A DNA stretch of 64,000 bases from Schizochytrium sp. TIO01. Lineage: Eukaryota > Protista > Bigyra: Labyrinthulomycetes. A program made the position numbers and the translations under genes. Shown here in pieces: positions 10,810 through 21,309 of the stretch. Within the stretch, counting starts at the first letter, position 1, and each line of letters begins with the position of its first letter. The notes beneath the pieces were generated by a model that saw only the letters and a list, made by a program, of their open reading frames with translations, was not told where the DNA came from and did no database searches. The stretch lies in the NCBI GenBank assembly GCA_004764695.1, contig SMSO01000037.1, positions 3,882,747 to 3,946,746 of the forward strand, in the 5' to 3' direction.

Positions 10810-11892
10810 TTAGTAAAGATTAAGTTTGGTAACAATATAGACACGCACGGTCTGGTCGAGACAGGAAAGAGCGCATAAGCCTTCCTTATCAACGCTCCAG
10901 TCGAAGGAGACAACCGGCTGTGTAGAGATAATTTTAGAGTTGAGAAGCTCCACGGAGCCTGGTACACCCTTAGGTCTGCCTTCTGAGTCCTTCACCTGGC
11001 GCTGCTTTGGGTACATGTATCTGTACAAGTTCAAGCCACCATTTCCGCCGGTTGTCATCATAATATCGCGATTTTGGGGCAAGTGACGCACGCCCCACAC
11101 CGTACTCTTGTGCGCACGCTCTGTGCAATAAGCAAATCCATCTTCCGGATGTTCTGTTCGCATATCGTACACTCGGAATTTAGACTCTAAAGTGGTAACT
11201 ACTAATTTGTTCATTTCAATGTCCGGACGATCAAATTGCAATTCGCAAACACCGTTTGCACAGTTGGTTTCCCAGCGAACAGAGCTAGTGCGCAAGTCAA
11301 AGAGTTTCACGTCACCATTGTCGTATCCAGCAGCCACCACGCGCTCCTCGTCATTGAACGAATTGCCAAAGGCCACAGCCCAGCAGTCACGGCGGTCATT
11401 CGGGTCAGTGGAATCACCTGCTGGTTCAAGGGAGATCACTGGCTTGTCTACACGAGAGTCCCAGACCTTGACACAACCATCACGGCTTCCAGTAACAAGC
11501 TCTGGTGCTCCGCAACCAATAGAAAGACCTCCGCAGCCTTCAATACAATTTACCAAGGTTTCATGACCTTTCACATTCCACACGGGTTTGGCAGCATGCT
11601 CAAGGTCATAGATGCTGACGTTGCCAGCAAAGTCTCCAACAGCAATGCTGCGATTTTCCAGCGAAGATGCGCCAAAAGTACCGCACTTAATACCATGCTG
11701 TTTTTCTTGGCTGACGATGGTCTTCAGCTTGCCAGCCTCAAGCTCCAACACCTCAAGTACACCTGTTCCTTTGGCCTGTAGGCCCATCACAGCTAACCTG
11801 GCCGAACTGGGCACCCAGCGAGTTTCATACGCTGTGTAATTCACGCCATGGTTAATGTGCTCGATCAGTTGCGGCGCGTCAGTGGTATCCAT
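10810..11892 (-). CDS. WDR92: WD repeat protein 92 / dynein axonemal assembly factor 10 (Monad)
   Basis: 360 aa with the family motifs [103 protein letters not shown]. Confidence 0.96.
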   Translation of the reverse strand: MDTTDAPQLIEHINHGVNYTAYETRWVPSSARLAVMGLQAKGTGVLEVLELEAGKLKTIVSQEKQHGIKCGTFGASSLENRSIAVGDFAGNVSIYDLEHAAKPVWNVKGHETLVNCIEGCGGLSIGCGAPELVTGSRDGCVKVWDSRVDKPVISLEPAGDSTDPNDRRDCWAVAFGNSFNDEERVVAAGYDNGDVKLFDLRTSSVRWETNCANGVCELQFDRPDIEMNKLVVTTLESKFRVYDMRTEHPEDGFAYCTERAHKSTVWGVRHLPQNRDIMMTTGGNGGLNLYRYMYPKQRQVKDSEGRPKGVPGSVELLNSKIISTQPVVSFDWSVDKEGLCALSCLDQTVRVYIVTKLNLY

Positions 11893-12467
11893 TTTCTATG
11901 GAAAAGTTTGCTACAATCCCGCTCTGGATTGCTTCAAGTCCTCTCTCTATCTCTCCCTCTATATATATATACCAGCAAGGCACGTTTCAACGCCTCTCTG
12001 GCCCCAAAAACCTCCGTTTCAACTCTAATTCGAACGCAACCAATGCCAGATCTTCGCCGTAGCAATCCCGCGCTCTGCACAACCCTTGCAGACGCCCCAG
12101 CCCTCGCTTCCGCTTGGTAAAGTCCTCTTCAACGCAATTCCAGATTTGCTATACGTCTGTTAAAGCCCAGCGTCGCCGCAGCTCTCTGTTAAGGAGTAGT
12201 ATATTTTGGGCCCTCTTTTTAAAGCTCAACTGATTCTTGTGGTCTTATTACGAATTATCTAACTGTTAGAGGGCTTAGACCAGCAAAAAGAAAGCAAAAA
12301 ACTTTGTAACACTTGAGTCAATATCTATTATAAACAATAGGGGAACCTAGAAGTACAAGACAATACTGTTTAGGCGAGGAACAAGAGGGAAAAGAATACA
12401 CACAATTCTGTGTTATGAAGTGCAATGCAAATCAAAGCTATAAAAATAGACCCTCAACGGTCGACTC

Positions 12468-13943
12468 ATGCAGCGTATAGAGCGGCGTAAGAGCGGCACC
12501 CGGCCAGGGCCGGCCGCGTCTAGTAGACCCGGGGGAGCTCCAGGACGCAGCTCTCGCGGAGCAGCTGGACGGCGAGGCGTCGGTGCCAGTGGCTTAGTTG
12601 AGAAGAACGAAGTAAATGACGAACGGTATACAGAAACCTCAAATTCTGCACCAATTCCACCACCTCTACCACCATCACCGCCGCCAGTACCGCCACTTCC
12701 TTCGGGAATGGACCAAACTAAATCAAGCCCTGAAAAGGTACCAACGCCAGAGGTGCCGGAGATCCCAGAAATACCCGAACTGCCCGTGTTTGCGACGGAA
12801 TTTGGAGATGAGGGATCTCCTTTTCATCCAACAGAAAGTACTGCCGACGATCCTGGCAAGTTTCCTGTCAACGACTTTCCTCCAAAGAAGGACAACTCGC
12901 AAACTCAACCTCCAATGCCTTCAAACAGCTCTCAGGAGCTTGGAGTACGTGAAGTCGAGCGAAGGCGAAGATCTAGTAAATCAATTGCAGCATTCGATCT
13001 GGGGCCAGAGATCCCAGAATTGCCTATTGCGCTTCGTGAGCTAGACATCGTCGAGAACCCGGAAGTTCCAGAGCCACCAGAATTTTCATGTTTGAATCCG
13101 ACAGGGAATTCTGTGCAAACAATTGAGGCGGGCGACTGTGAAACTAGAATCGAGGAAGAGGAAGAGGAAGAAGACGCCAAAGTCGGATCACCAAGGCGAA
13201 ACCTGGGTTATCAAGAGCTTCCACGCTCTACAAAATCACAGAAGGAATCGTTAGGATTTCTCTCAGGAGGCAAAAAGAACAGTTCAAGTGTTCAGGGTCA
13301 CCAACGTCGCCAATCTCAAGAGTATCACCGAGAGCAACAAGAAATTGGTCATGAACGAACACGTAGCTCTTCTGTTGACGCAACATCCTCGTCTTCGTCA
13401 CGCTCACTTGCAGGCAGACGTCCTTTGAATCCTCGCTTGGACTTGGATCGTTCTGTACGGGGCACAGGGGTAGACCCAGTGCCTAGCATGGAGTCTCCAG
13501 CACACCGTATTGCCCGCAGCGTAGAAGACCCTATTGATTTCGATGAATACGCAGCAGCATCATCAGCAGGCGGGCACCCTGCTACGGATGACAAACTAAG
13601 CAACACTGGGAGCATCACTGGCGAAAAACCTTCTAGCTCAAACCGTGCTGGAAGCGTTAACAGTGAGTCTAAGCATATTTTAGAAGGTCTCGGTGTTGAA
13701 GCTGAAGAGGAAATTAGAAGACTACGAGCACGTCTTCGAGCTCAAGACGCAGAGATTCGACATGTCAAGCGTGTAACAGTCATACATTCCATGTTCTTTA
13801 AATGGAAAGTTTGGCACATGTATCGAATTCAGGAGCGCATGGAAGCTGCAATCGAAGAAGAACGCATCCGTGTTGCTGAGCGTATTCAGGCTGCAGCAAA
13901 GCGTTTACACAGTGCGGGCGAGTATTCTGAATTTTCTCTTTAA
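12468..13943 (+). CDS. Hypothetical protein: Pro/Glu-rich disordered region with C-terminal coiled coil
   Basis: 491-codon ORF with polyproline, repeated PE(V/I)PE(L/I/P)P motifs and a helical C-terminus (EEEIRRLRARLRAQDAEIR...MFFKWKVW...RIQERMEAAIEEERIRVAERIQ). Confidence 0.8.
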   Translation: MQRIERRKSGTRPGPAASSRPGGAPGRSSRGAAGRRGVGASGLVEKNEVNDERYTETSNSAPIPPPLPPSPPPVPPLPSGMDQTKSSPEKVPTPEVPEIPEIPELPVFATEFGDEGSPFHPTESTADDPGKFPVNDFPPKKDNSQTQPPMPSNSSQELGVREVERRRRSSKSIAAFDLGPEIPELPIALRELDIVENPEVPEPPEFSCLNPTGNSVQTIEAGDCETRIEEEEEEEDAKVGSPRRNLGYQELPRSTKSQKESLGFLSGGKKNSSSVQGHQRRQSQEYHREQQEIGHERTRSSSVDATSSSSSRSLAGRRPLNPRLDLDRSVRGTGVDPVPSMESPAHRIARSVEDPIDFDEYAAASSAGGHPATDDKLSNTGSITGEKPSSSNRAGSVNSESKHILEGLGVEAEEEIRRLRARLRAQDAEIRHVKRVTVIHSMFFKWKVWHMYRIQERMEAAIEEERIRVAERIQAAAKRLHSAGEYSEFSL

Positions 13944-15930
13944 TATCTTTGGCCGAATTTTAAAGGCTGGGTGATGAGGTTCTACCTATTTCACGTATTA
14001 ATATTGCTTCTTTTGCGTTTACTATCTTTCGTTCAGAAGTAACTCATCATTATGGTGTGCTCTTTCTACAGCTTTGCTGTGAATAGACTAATTGGTTTTC
14101 TTTCAGACTATCCATGCTGTTTCCTTTATGTACTTTGTTAAGAGATCTTCCTTTTCTTTATAAACCTTTGAGGGAATCTAAGGCTCGCTCGTTTCAATTT
14201 CTGGTCTTCTTGCTTATTTCGGTTCTCCAAAAGCCAAGAATCTATTTCTTGAACCTTCAATACCGACTGAGACACTGAGACAAGGGAAGATATAATCCCC
14301 TCGGATAGATGACTTGCCCAGGCTGAGCAAGCCTGTGGGGTTAGTCTCTCAAGAGGGAAGAGAAGTCAATACTCATATGGATTTAGAGCTTAAATCCCTA
14401 CAGTATTGACGCAAACCTTGAACATGACTAGCTTCTTTGGGTAGAGCCGTGTTCGTAAAATGTGTAATCTTAACTTCATTCAGCAATATAGTATTCTTGC
14501 ATAAACTCCCTACCATGAGAATAGTAATATTAAAAGGCACATTAAGCACGTATATTTATCATGATTGCATATTCAAAATAAAACCAACTATTAAGCGAAT
14601 GGTATATCGAGTCTTGCAAGTGCATTTATATGAAGTTGCTGCTGTGAGGAAGATTTAAACGAATTGCTCTGGTCAAAGAACCAAAAAGGTAAACATGAGA
14701 CAATTAATTACCCTACTGAAAATATTCCGTCAGGCATTTCCTTTCTCTCTCTAAAATTAGTTGATATATAAAACTATTCTCTATCTATCTGCTGCCAATT
14801 CACAGTTCAGTAATTGGGCAGGTTTACACCGTAGAATAAATATAGTTTAGGAATAATTTACATATCGTGGTATTTTATAAATTGACCACTCTTCATGATA
14901 GAATGGAAAATCAACTACTAAAATGAAGCTAGTATGCAAAAGCGGACTAGTACATGCTGTTTATGGTATGTAGAGGGCTTCTACGACTATATGAATTGCA
15001 ACATCTAAAGATGCAATGCCAAGGTTGAATTTGAAGGTAGTCCAATACTTGGCCTCATGGTCAAATAAAGATATTTCTACTTTAAATGTATATACTTTAA
15101 TAACTCCTATGTACAGGAAACTACCAAAATTTTCACTTATTACGTGATTTGTATGCATAAACCGACGACCAAGCACATTCACCATCTGATACCAAGAACA
15201 AATATGGGCTTATAGAACGCCTTACATTATTTAGTTTGATGAAAGTTGTGAATTAAATTAGTATATGTTATGCGTTGATTGACTGAGGAATGACATTTGA
15301 GTATTTCTTTGACAGAAAGGAGGTATAAAACTCCTTTATTGGAGATGCCTATTGACGTGGTCGGAGAAAGTGGAGTCAATATAAACCCCAGATATCCAAT
15401 TCATGCAGAAAGTTAATTAATTATAGCTTTCAACAAGTTTATCAGCTAAGAACACCCATTTATTGCTGCTTTGGGGCTTTCTTTTTAATCCAAAATCCTA
15501 AGCAAATACGCCGTCACACATACTACTAAGGTACTTCTTCGAAATATGTGCAAGAAAACGAAGTGAGCTTACGTTGATTTTTGTTTACGATCAACTTATC
15601 CCCTTTGCGAGACACTTGATCTCGATGTAAGAACGTTCGGCAGAAGAAATGGAGGTATACAACTTGTCAAAGACACGGAGTCCTCGTGATAAGCAGGGCT
15701 TTTTGCATCGAGCAAGACCTAATTTGCGGTTTAGAACAAGAAAACAATACGATTTGACTAAAATACGATCTGTCAATACTGCAAATAGGCTTTGGATTGC
15801 CTCTAAGCTGACAAGCACTGATTTTGTTTCTGAAAAAGAAGAATCAATATTTAAAATAATGTAATGATATAATCAAATGCAGTATCATACTTTCAGTAGA
15901 GCCAGCAAAAGTAGTTATTTCATTTGTAAA

Positions 15931-16767
15931 TTACATGAGGATTTTCACAGGCTCCCAGGCAACTTCAAGATCATCATTGCAAATAGCGCCATTGACAAAT
16001 GTAGTTGATGAACGGCGATTGATTTCCTGCGAACTCATCATATCCCTTGTTCGGCCTGCGTGTACGTGTCCAAAGCAGTGCAATAGCGGGTGACGATCAT
16101 CAACAACATTGAGAAGATCTTTGGACCCAATAGGTTTACCCTCAGGATCTTTGTCAAATTGATTAAGCGGCGGAGAGTGCGTTGCCAGAATGTCAACATT
16201 CCGAGGTGTCTTTTGAAAAATAGTGGCCAGGTCAGGGCCTGCTGGTTTGTAAGTATCAAAACCTGGCCATTGGGGCTGCCATGGCGATCCATAAATTGTA
16301 ACAGCCTCCTGTTTGGGACCTGCATACACAGTGACTTCCTGGTCCTCGAGATACACTGCGTTGGTAATGTGTTTCCGCAGATCACTCAAGAAAAAGCCTC
16401 GCTCTGCATCATGATTACCCGCAACAAATATTTTATGTGGGTGTTGTAGATCGCCGAGCCATGCATTGAAGTCTTTCACTTGGTCTTCTACGTCAGTGAC
16501 ATCGTGCGGATTGACACAGTCCCCGGTATATATCAAGATGTCACCGTCAGGCACCTCTATTTCCCTGTGTCTGCCATGAGTATCGCCGAGACATACCACC
16601 TCAATCTCACCGTTGCCAAGCCACGCAACTTCGCGGTCCTTAACTGTGCGGCCTTTCTCTGCGGGCCCGCTCCAAAAGAAACCTGTTGAGAACCGCATGG
16701 TCACAAGCAGCAGCATCCCTACTGCCACTGCTGCCATGACTGTTGCGACCCGAGGCATGGGCCTCAT
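15931..16767 (-). CDS. Calcineurin-like metallophosphoesterase, MPPED1/2 (239FB)-like, with N-terminal hydrophobic anchor
   Basis: Motifs CLGDTHG, PDGDILIYTGD, KIFVAGNHD, IYGSPWQP, DILATHSPP, LHCFGHVH, FVNGAIC. First ATG at 16767; the ORF-track start at 16833 is GTG. Confidence 0.9.
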   Translation of the reverse strand: MRPMPRVATVMAAVAVGMLLLVTMRFSTGFFWSGPAEKGRTVKDREVAWLGNGEIEVVCLGDTHGRHREIEVPDGDILIYTGDCVNPHDVTDVEDQVKDFNAWLGDLQHPHKIFVAGNHDAERGFFLSDLRKHITNAVYLEDQEVTVYAGPKQEAVTIYGSPWQPQWPGFDTYKPAGPDLATIFQKTPRNVDILATHSPPLNQFDKDPEGKPIGSKDLLNVVDDRHPLLHCFGHVHAGRTRDMMSSQEINRRSSTTFVNGAICNDDLEVAWEPVKILM

Positions 16768-18269
16768 CTTATTTTCGTAGGATTTCGCTGTACTTAAATC
16801 AATTGCCTTGGTTGTTGTCCAGGATAAGGTCACGTTGCTCCTGAGCTAGAGTGCTATGGAACTGAACACCAAGCTTTGGTGACCTCGTTTCATTGAGCTC
16901 TTGATCTTGGATGCATTAATTAAGTTATCAAGCCATTAGTAGTATTACGCTAGAACGAACTATTCCTTGGACTCTCTATCAGTCTTGTAGTGAACGGATA
17001 AACGCAGCATGCTAGACAAACCCGCAATTTTCAAAGCCATGAGTCAAAATATCACTTGGTGCTAGTATTGAAGTCGATTACGAGTGCTTCTTTCCATTGT
17101 TTGCACTACCTCTGGAGGATTTAGAAGAAGCTGTTGCTGTTCGCTGTTTTAGTTTTATCAACAGTGGTCAGAGCCATATCTTGCAAGGAGGCCTAAAGTA
17201 AACCAGCGTAATTGTGCTGTGAATGGCAACACGTATCAGCCTTTAGGTTTTGCCGCTTCGTTTGCGTTGCCGTCCCATGAGTCCCACCATGAACCCTGCT
17301 ATACCAAATTGAAGAGGTAGTGCAATTTCTACAATGTCAGCTGCAAGAGCACTAAAAAGGTTAAGTCCGCCCATTAGCCCCGCGAAGCTTTGCCCATTCT
17401 CGGATTTGTGTTCTTTCTTTATATAAAAGACCTGTAAAAACTATTGCAACTACTCGTATTAAGTCTTTGTTTGCGTATCTATCAATCAGACCACTCTTCT
17501 TCCACGACTCAACTCTTCTTTCCGTCTTTTCACCAGGCACAATAACGAACATCAGAAGCAAATTAATTGTCCACAGGACCCAATTTTCACTGCACTTTCA
17601 TGTTCTGCTGCGCATCATTCATCTTGGTCATTCTGCCTTCGATCGTATAACAGGATATTGTGTTTCTATGTTGCATGTCTGCAACCATGTTCGACTCATC
17701 CTCGATTCTTGTGTAGGTATTCGTTCTCCTGCGCGCTTTTTTGAGTCCCTCACTTTGCGTCAAAGTCTCACACATACTACTACAACTTTGCTATATGCAG
17801 CGCTAGCACCAGCAGAAGTAGCACTCCCATCCTCGTCCTCCACTTTGCAATTCGAGCTCCATCAATCATTGGTATGGGCGACCCAAGCATCTTTTCACCT
17901 CGGCAGCCTCGGCTCTTGCGATCCAAGTGATTGCGTGCATAAGTGAACGAGTGCAGCGCAGGCTTTGTTTATTTCTTCGTTTGTTTCTTTGGATTCTTCC
18001 GATTGCAAATCCTAAACCAACAAATTGATCTACCTATCCAGTATTACTTGGAAAAGAACGAAAAAAATGAATCATGAAAGGAAGAAGAACAGCAAAGCAC
18101 TAGGAGTCACTAGCAAATCTATAAGCGGGTTTACATGGGTGAAAATGAGGACGAATCGATTGCGCTTTTGTGTCGTTTTGCATCATGAACAATCATCGCT
18201 GCGATGTATTGCAAACCCTCAACATAGCTGAGGAGGTTGTGAAGGTGGCGGCGGGAGCAGGGCTCTGCG

Positions 18270-20492
18270 ATGGCGTCTCGTGAGTCACTTCTAGGAGCCT
18301 TCGTGGTGTGCGTGATCCTCGCAACCGCGTATTTAGTGGTCCTCATTCGCGCCCAGAGACGCTCGGAGCGTCGCGAGCGACTCCGTAGTGACGAAGCTGA
18401 TGGTTTGAATACTGCTGCTAATGCTGAAGATCATGATCAAAGTGACATTGACAGCCAGTCTGAAGGTCTCGTCGCAGAATCCCGCGTGGTTCTAGAGGGA
18501 CACAACTACGAGCTCGCCAGCGAAATTGAAATGGAAAGGACGCAAACTTTACTCCCGGCAAATTCTGCATCGAGTTCGCGACGAGGTGAAGTCACTTCTG
18601 GTCGCAATTCAAATGGAGAATTTGTAGCAGGACTTCATAGCGATGTTGACGAAGATGATGAATCATTTCATCGCGGAGGTTCTGCATATGAGAGGCTGGG
18701 AAGAAGGTTTGCCTCAAGACTGTCCGGACGAAACTCGATCTTTGCATGGGACTTTAGCAGATTCTTGCAGAGTGGCCTGCCTTGGCCAGTTCTTGTTGTG
18801 AGTTTTCTCAACTCCTTTGTGCTAAGCTTTCCTATGAACTTCTTTGGACTATTTATCTCAAACGAGATTGGAATGACCCCAACAGAGTTTACGCAGTATT
18901 ATGCGCTAACCTTCCTGCCGTTTTCCTTTAAACCACTTTATGCCTACATGGCAGAGCGTGTGCATATTTGCGGCACAGGCCGTAGAGGGTACCTCATGGC
19001 ATGTAATATCATGATCTCTGTATGCATGATGTGCATGGCTACGCTTGCGCACGAAGTGTGGCATGTTTTCCTAATTGGATTCATGCAGAACTTCTTTGAG
19101 GCCGCAGCCGGCATGGTTGTTGGCCTAATTCTGATTGACACAGCGTACGTAGATCAGTCGAAGATCCCCAAATTACAAGCAGAGCAGACTATGTGGCGCT
19201 ACCTTGGAACATTTTCTGCTCTGCTGCTTGCACTTCCGGTTAGTGGCTGTTTCTCTTACTCTTGGGATAACCGCTCAGCGCTTATTGCCAGTGCTGTAAT
19301 TCCACTATTTTCTGCTATTGCTGCCCAGTGGCTTCCAACAAAGAAACCCAGCAGTAGTGATTTTGAAGGTCGCGGGGATGAAATGCAGGAGAGTGACCGG
19401 CCGCTGCGCTTTAGCTCTGATCAAGATTATGATGATGTTGGTGTTGACGACCAGAGTGAAGACAACTCTGTTACTTCCTTCGATGCAAGACAAAATTCAG
19501 AGATGGGCCGTTTAGTTGAGAGGCAAGCAATCATGCTTTTTGTTCCTACTCTAGTTCTTTTCGAGTGCGTAGCCATTGCTGTGGGCTTGCACGGAAACTT
19601 TGCTGCCTCTGGGGCTCTGTCCACTTGGCATATTCTTGTTGGTGTCTTCATCGGAACTCTTCTGATCTGGCTCATAGTTGCAGGTACTGGTGTCTATCGG
19701 TGGGGAAATCCTGCTAATATTCGCGCACTAATGGTGATTTCGGTGCCTTGCATTTACCTCTTCGTGGTAGATGCTATTCCAAGTTCTTTAGACGGTATGG
19801 CAAGCTACAAATATCACGTGTTTCATCAACCTTGCCAATTGCAAGCCATGTCCCTGCTTGGCACTGTTTCAAGAATTGCTGGATTATTTGCCTATAGCAA
19901 GTTCTTCTCCAACACAACTGTAGAGATTGCTGTTCTTACTAACACAATCCTTTCTGCCAGCGTGTCTCTTTTGGATATGTATAAGGTCCAGGATCCTCCT
20001 CTTGAAGCCCCATTCTGGCCTTGGACACTAATTGACATTGTAGGCAGCTTTGTATCTGCACTATACTTAGTGTCTAAAGAGGTGGTTGCAACCCATTATA
20101 GCTTTTCCTTACTCAACACAGCTCGCAAACGCCAGAGAGCTGCGAGCACGGATCCTCGTGTTGATGATGGTGTGGCAGACAATGGCGACTTTGAAGAATA
20201 CGACGATGCAGAGCAAGCTTATGCTCACCAGCGTCTTGGTTCAGACAAACACAGCTCTTGGGGCGGGGCTCTCTCTCGTACATTGTCTCCGGGAATTTTG
20301 TATTCAGTATACCTCACTTGTTTTGATATTGGTGCCAGCGCATCTGGTTTCCTTACTGCAGCAATCATGTCTGCTCTTGGCGTCACTTATACGGATTTTT
20401 CGGCATTGCCGGACCTGATCCTAATATGCGCCCTCAGCTTCATTTGCACTGTTATTCTCATTCCAACACTCACTTTCGCTAAACATGGCTAG
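18270..20492 (+). CDS. MFS transporter, BT1/folate-biopterin transporter family
   Basis: 740 aa with many TM helices and the BT1-type motif LPFSFKPLYAYMAERVHICGTGRRGYL; acidic loops; extra N-terminal hydrophobic segment. Confidence 0.85.
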   Translation: MASRESLLGAFVVCVILATAYLVVLIRAQRRSERRERLRSDEADGLNTAANAEDHDQSDIDSQSEGLVAESRVVLEGHNYELASEIEMERTQTLLPANSASSSRRGEVTSGRNSNGEFVAGLHSDVDEDDESFHRGGSAYERLGRRFASRLSGRNSIFAWDFSRFLQSGLPWPVLVVSFLNSFVLSFPMNFFGLFISNEIGMTPTEFTQYYALTFLPFSFKPLYAYMAERVHICGTGRRGYLMACNIMISVCMMCMATLAHEVWHVFLIGFMQNFFEAAAGMVVGLILIDTAYVDQSKIPKLQAEQTMWRYLGTFSALLLALPVSGCFSYSWDNRSALIASAVIPLFSAIAAQWLPTKKPSSSDFEGRGDEMQESDRPLRFSSDQDYDDVGVDDQSEDNSVTSFDARQNSEMGRLVERQAIMLFVPTLVLFECVAIAVGLHGNFAASGALSTWHILVGVFIGTLLIWLIVAGTGVYRWGNPANIRALMVISVPCIYLFVVDAIPSSLDGMASYKYHVFHQPCQLQAMSLLGTVSRIAGLFAYSKFFSNTTVEIAVLTNTILSASVSLLDMYKVQDPPLEAPFWPWTLIDIVGSFVSALYLVSKEVVATHYSFSLLNTARKRQRAASTDPRVDDGVADNGDFEEYDDAEQAYAHQRLGSDKHSSWGGALSRTLSPGILYSVYLTCFDIGASASGFLTAAIMSALGVTYTDFSALPDLILICALSFICTVILIPTLTFAKHG

Positions 20493-21309
20493 ATGTATGC
20501 ATGTTGGCATAAACTTTGCTCATGCGCCGCTCTAGAACCCTGATTTCTTTTTTTTGAGATTAGGATGTCATATGTCCAACATGAAGTTTATACGGTAGGA
20601 AAAAAAACCGTTTGACTTTCGGTGATGCAAACCAAGCTATATCAAACTAAAGTAAATCCTTAGGAGGAACTCTGCAACAAAACCAATTTGTATGCTTGGT
20701 TTAAGTATGATATTTATAATCACCGCAATCATTTTCATATCTTGAATTAATTTTAATTTGTTCAAGACAGGGTTTTTCATTATAGTTGTGTTCATTATTT
20801 CGCTCTTCATGAAAGCCTACTGCAATTTGTAACTCTCTTCCTTGTCACAATGTAAACTTAGTGGAAGGTACTGTTTTGTTTGTTGGCAAGTAACTCTTGC
20901 AAATCAGATGCAGCAGGCTTTGTAGTCCATGCATTATTACGCATTTCTGAAAAAGGAGATCTGACTGCTGCTTTCATCATTCACTATTATGATCGGCAAT
21001 GCTAATTTTCGGATGCTAATGTAATTTATCAAATCATCGTATTGGTATTATAAGTAGAGTTAATCTCTAGCGAAGCACATTCCTGTCTTTAATGAAGTTT
21101 AACTGAACATTACGTTGCCCACAACGAATGCCAGTTTGCGGGATGGTTGGACGGAAAGACATTACTGCAACCGTGCTTTGGTTTTTGCATATATGTGTGT
21201 ATCTATCTATTAGTATAGTTCTTTGTTTGTGCATCTCCATTCCGTGTCTGCAGTTAGACTTAAAGTTATGTAATCCTTCGAAACATAGGTTTCTATTTCT
21301 GGCATTCTC

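Noticed and set aside
11192-11839. Antisense ORFs over WDR92 (and similar overlapping ORFs on the kinesin, FtsH-like and PH genes)
   Set aside because: Shadows of real coding strands.
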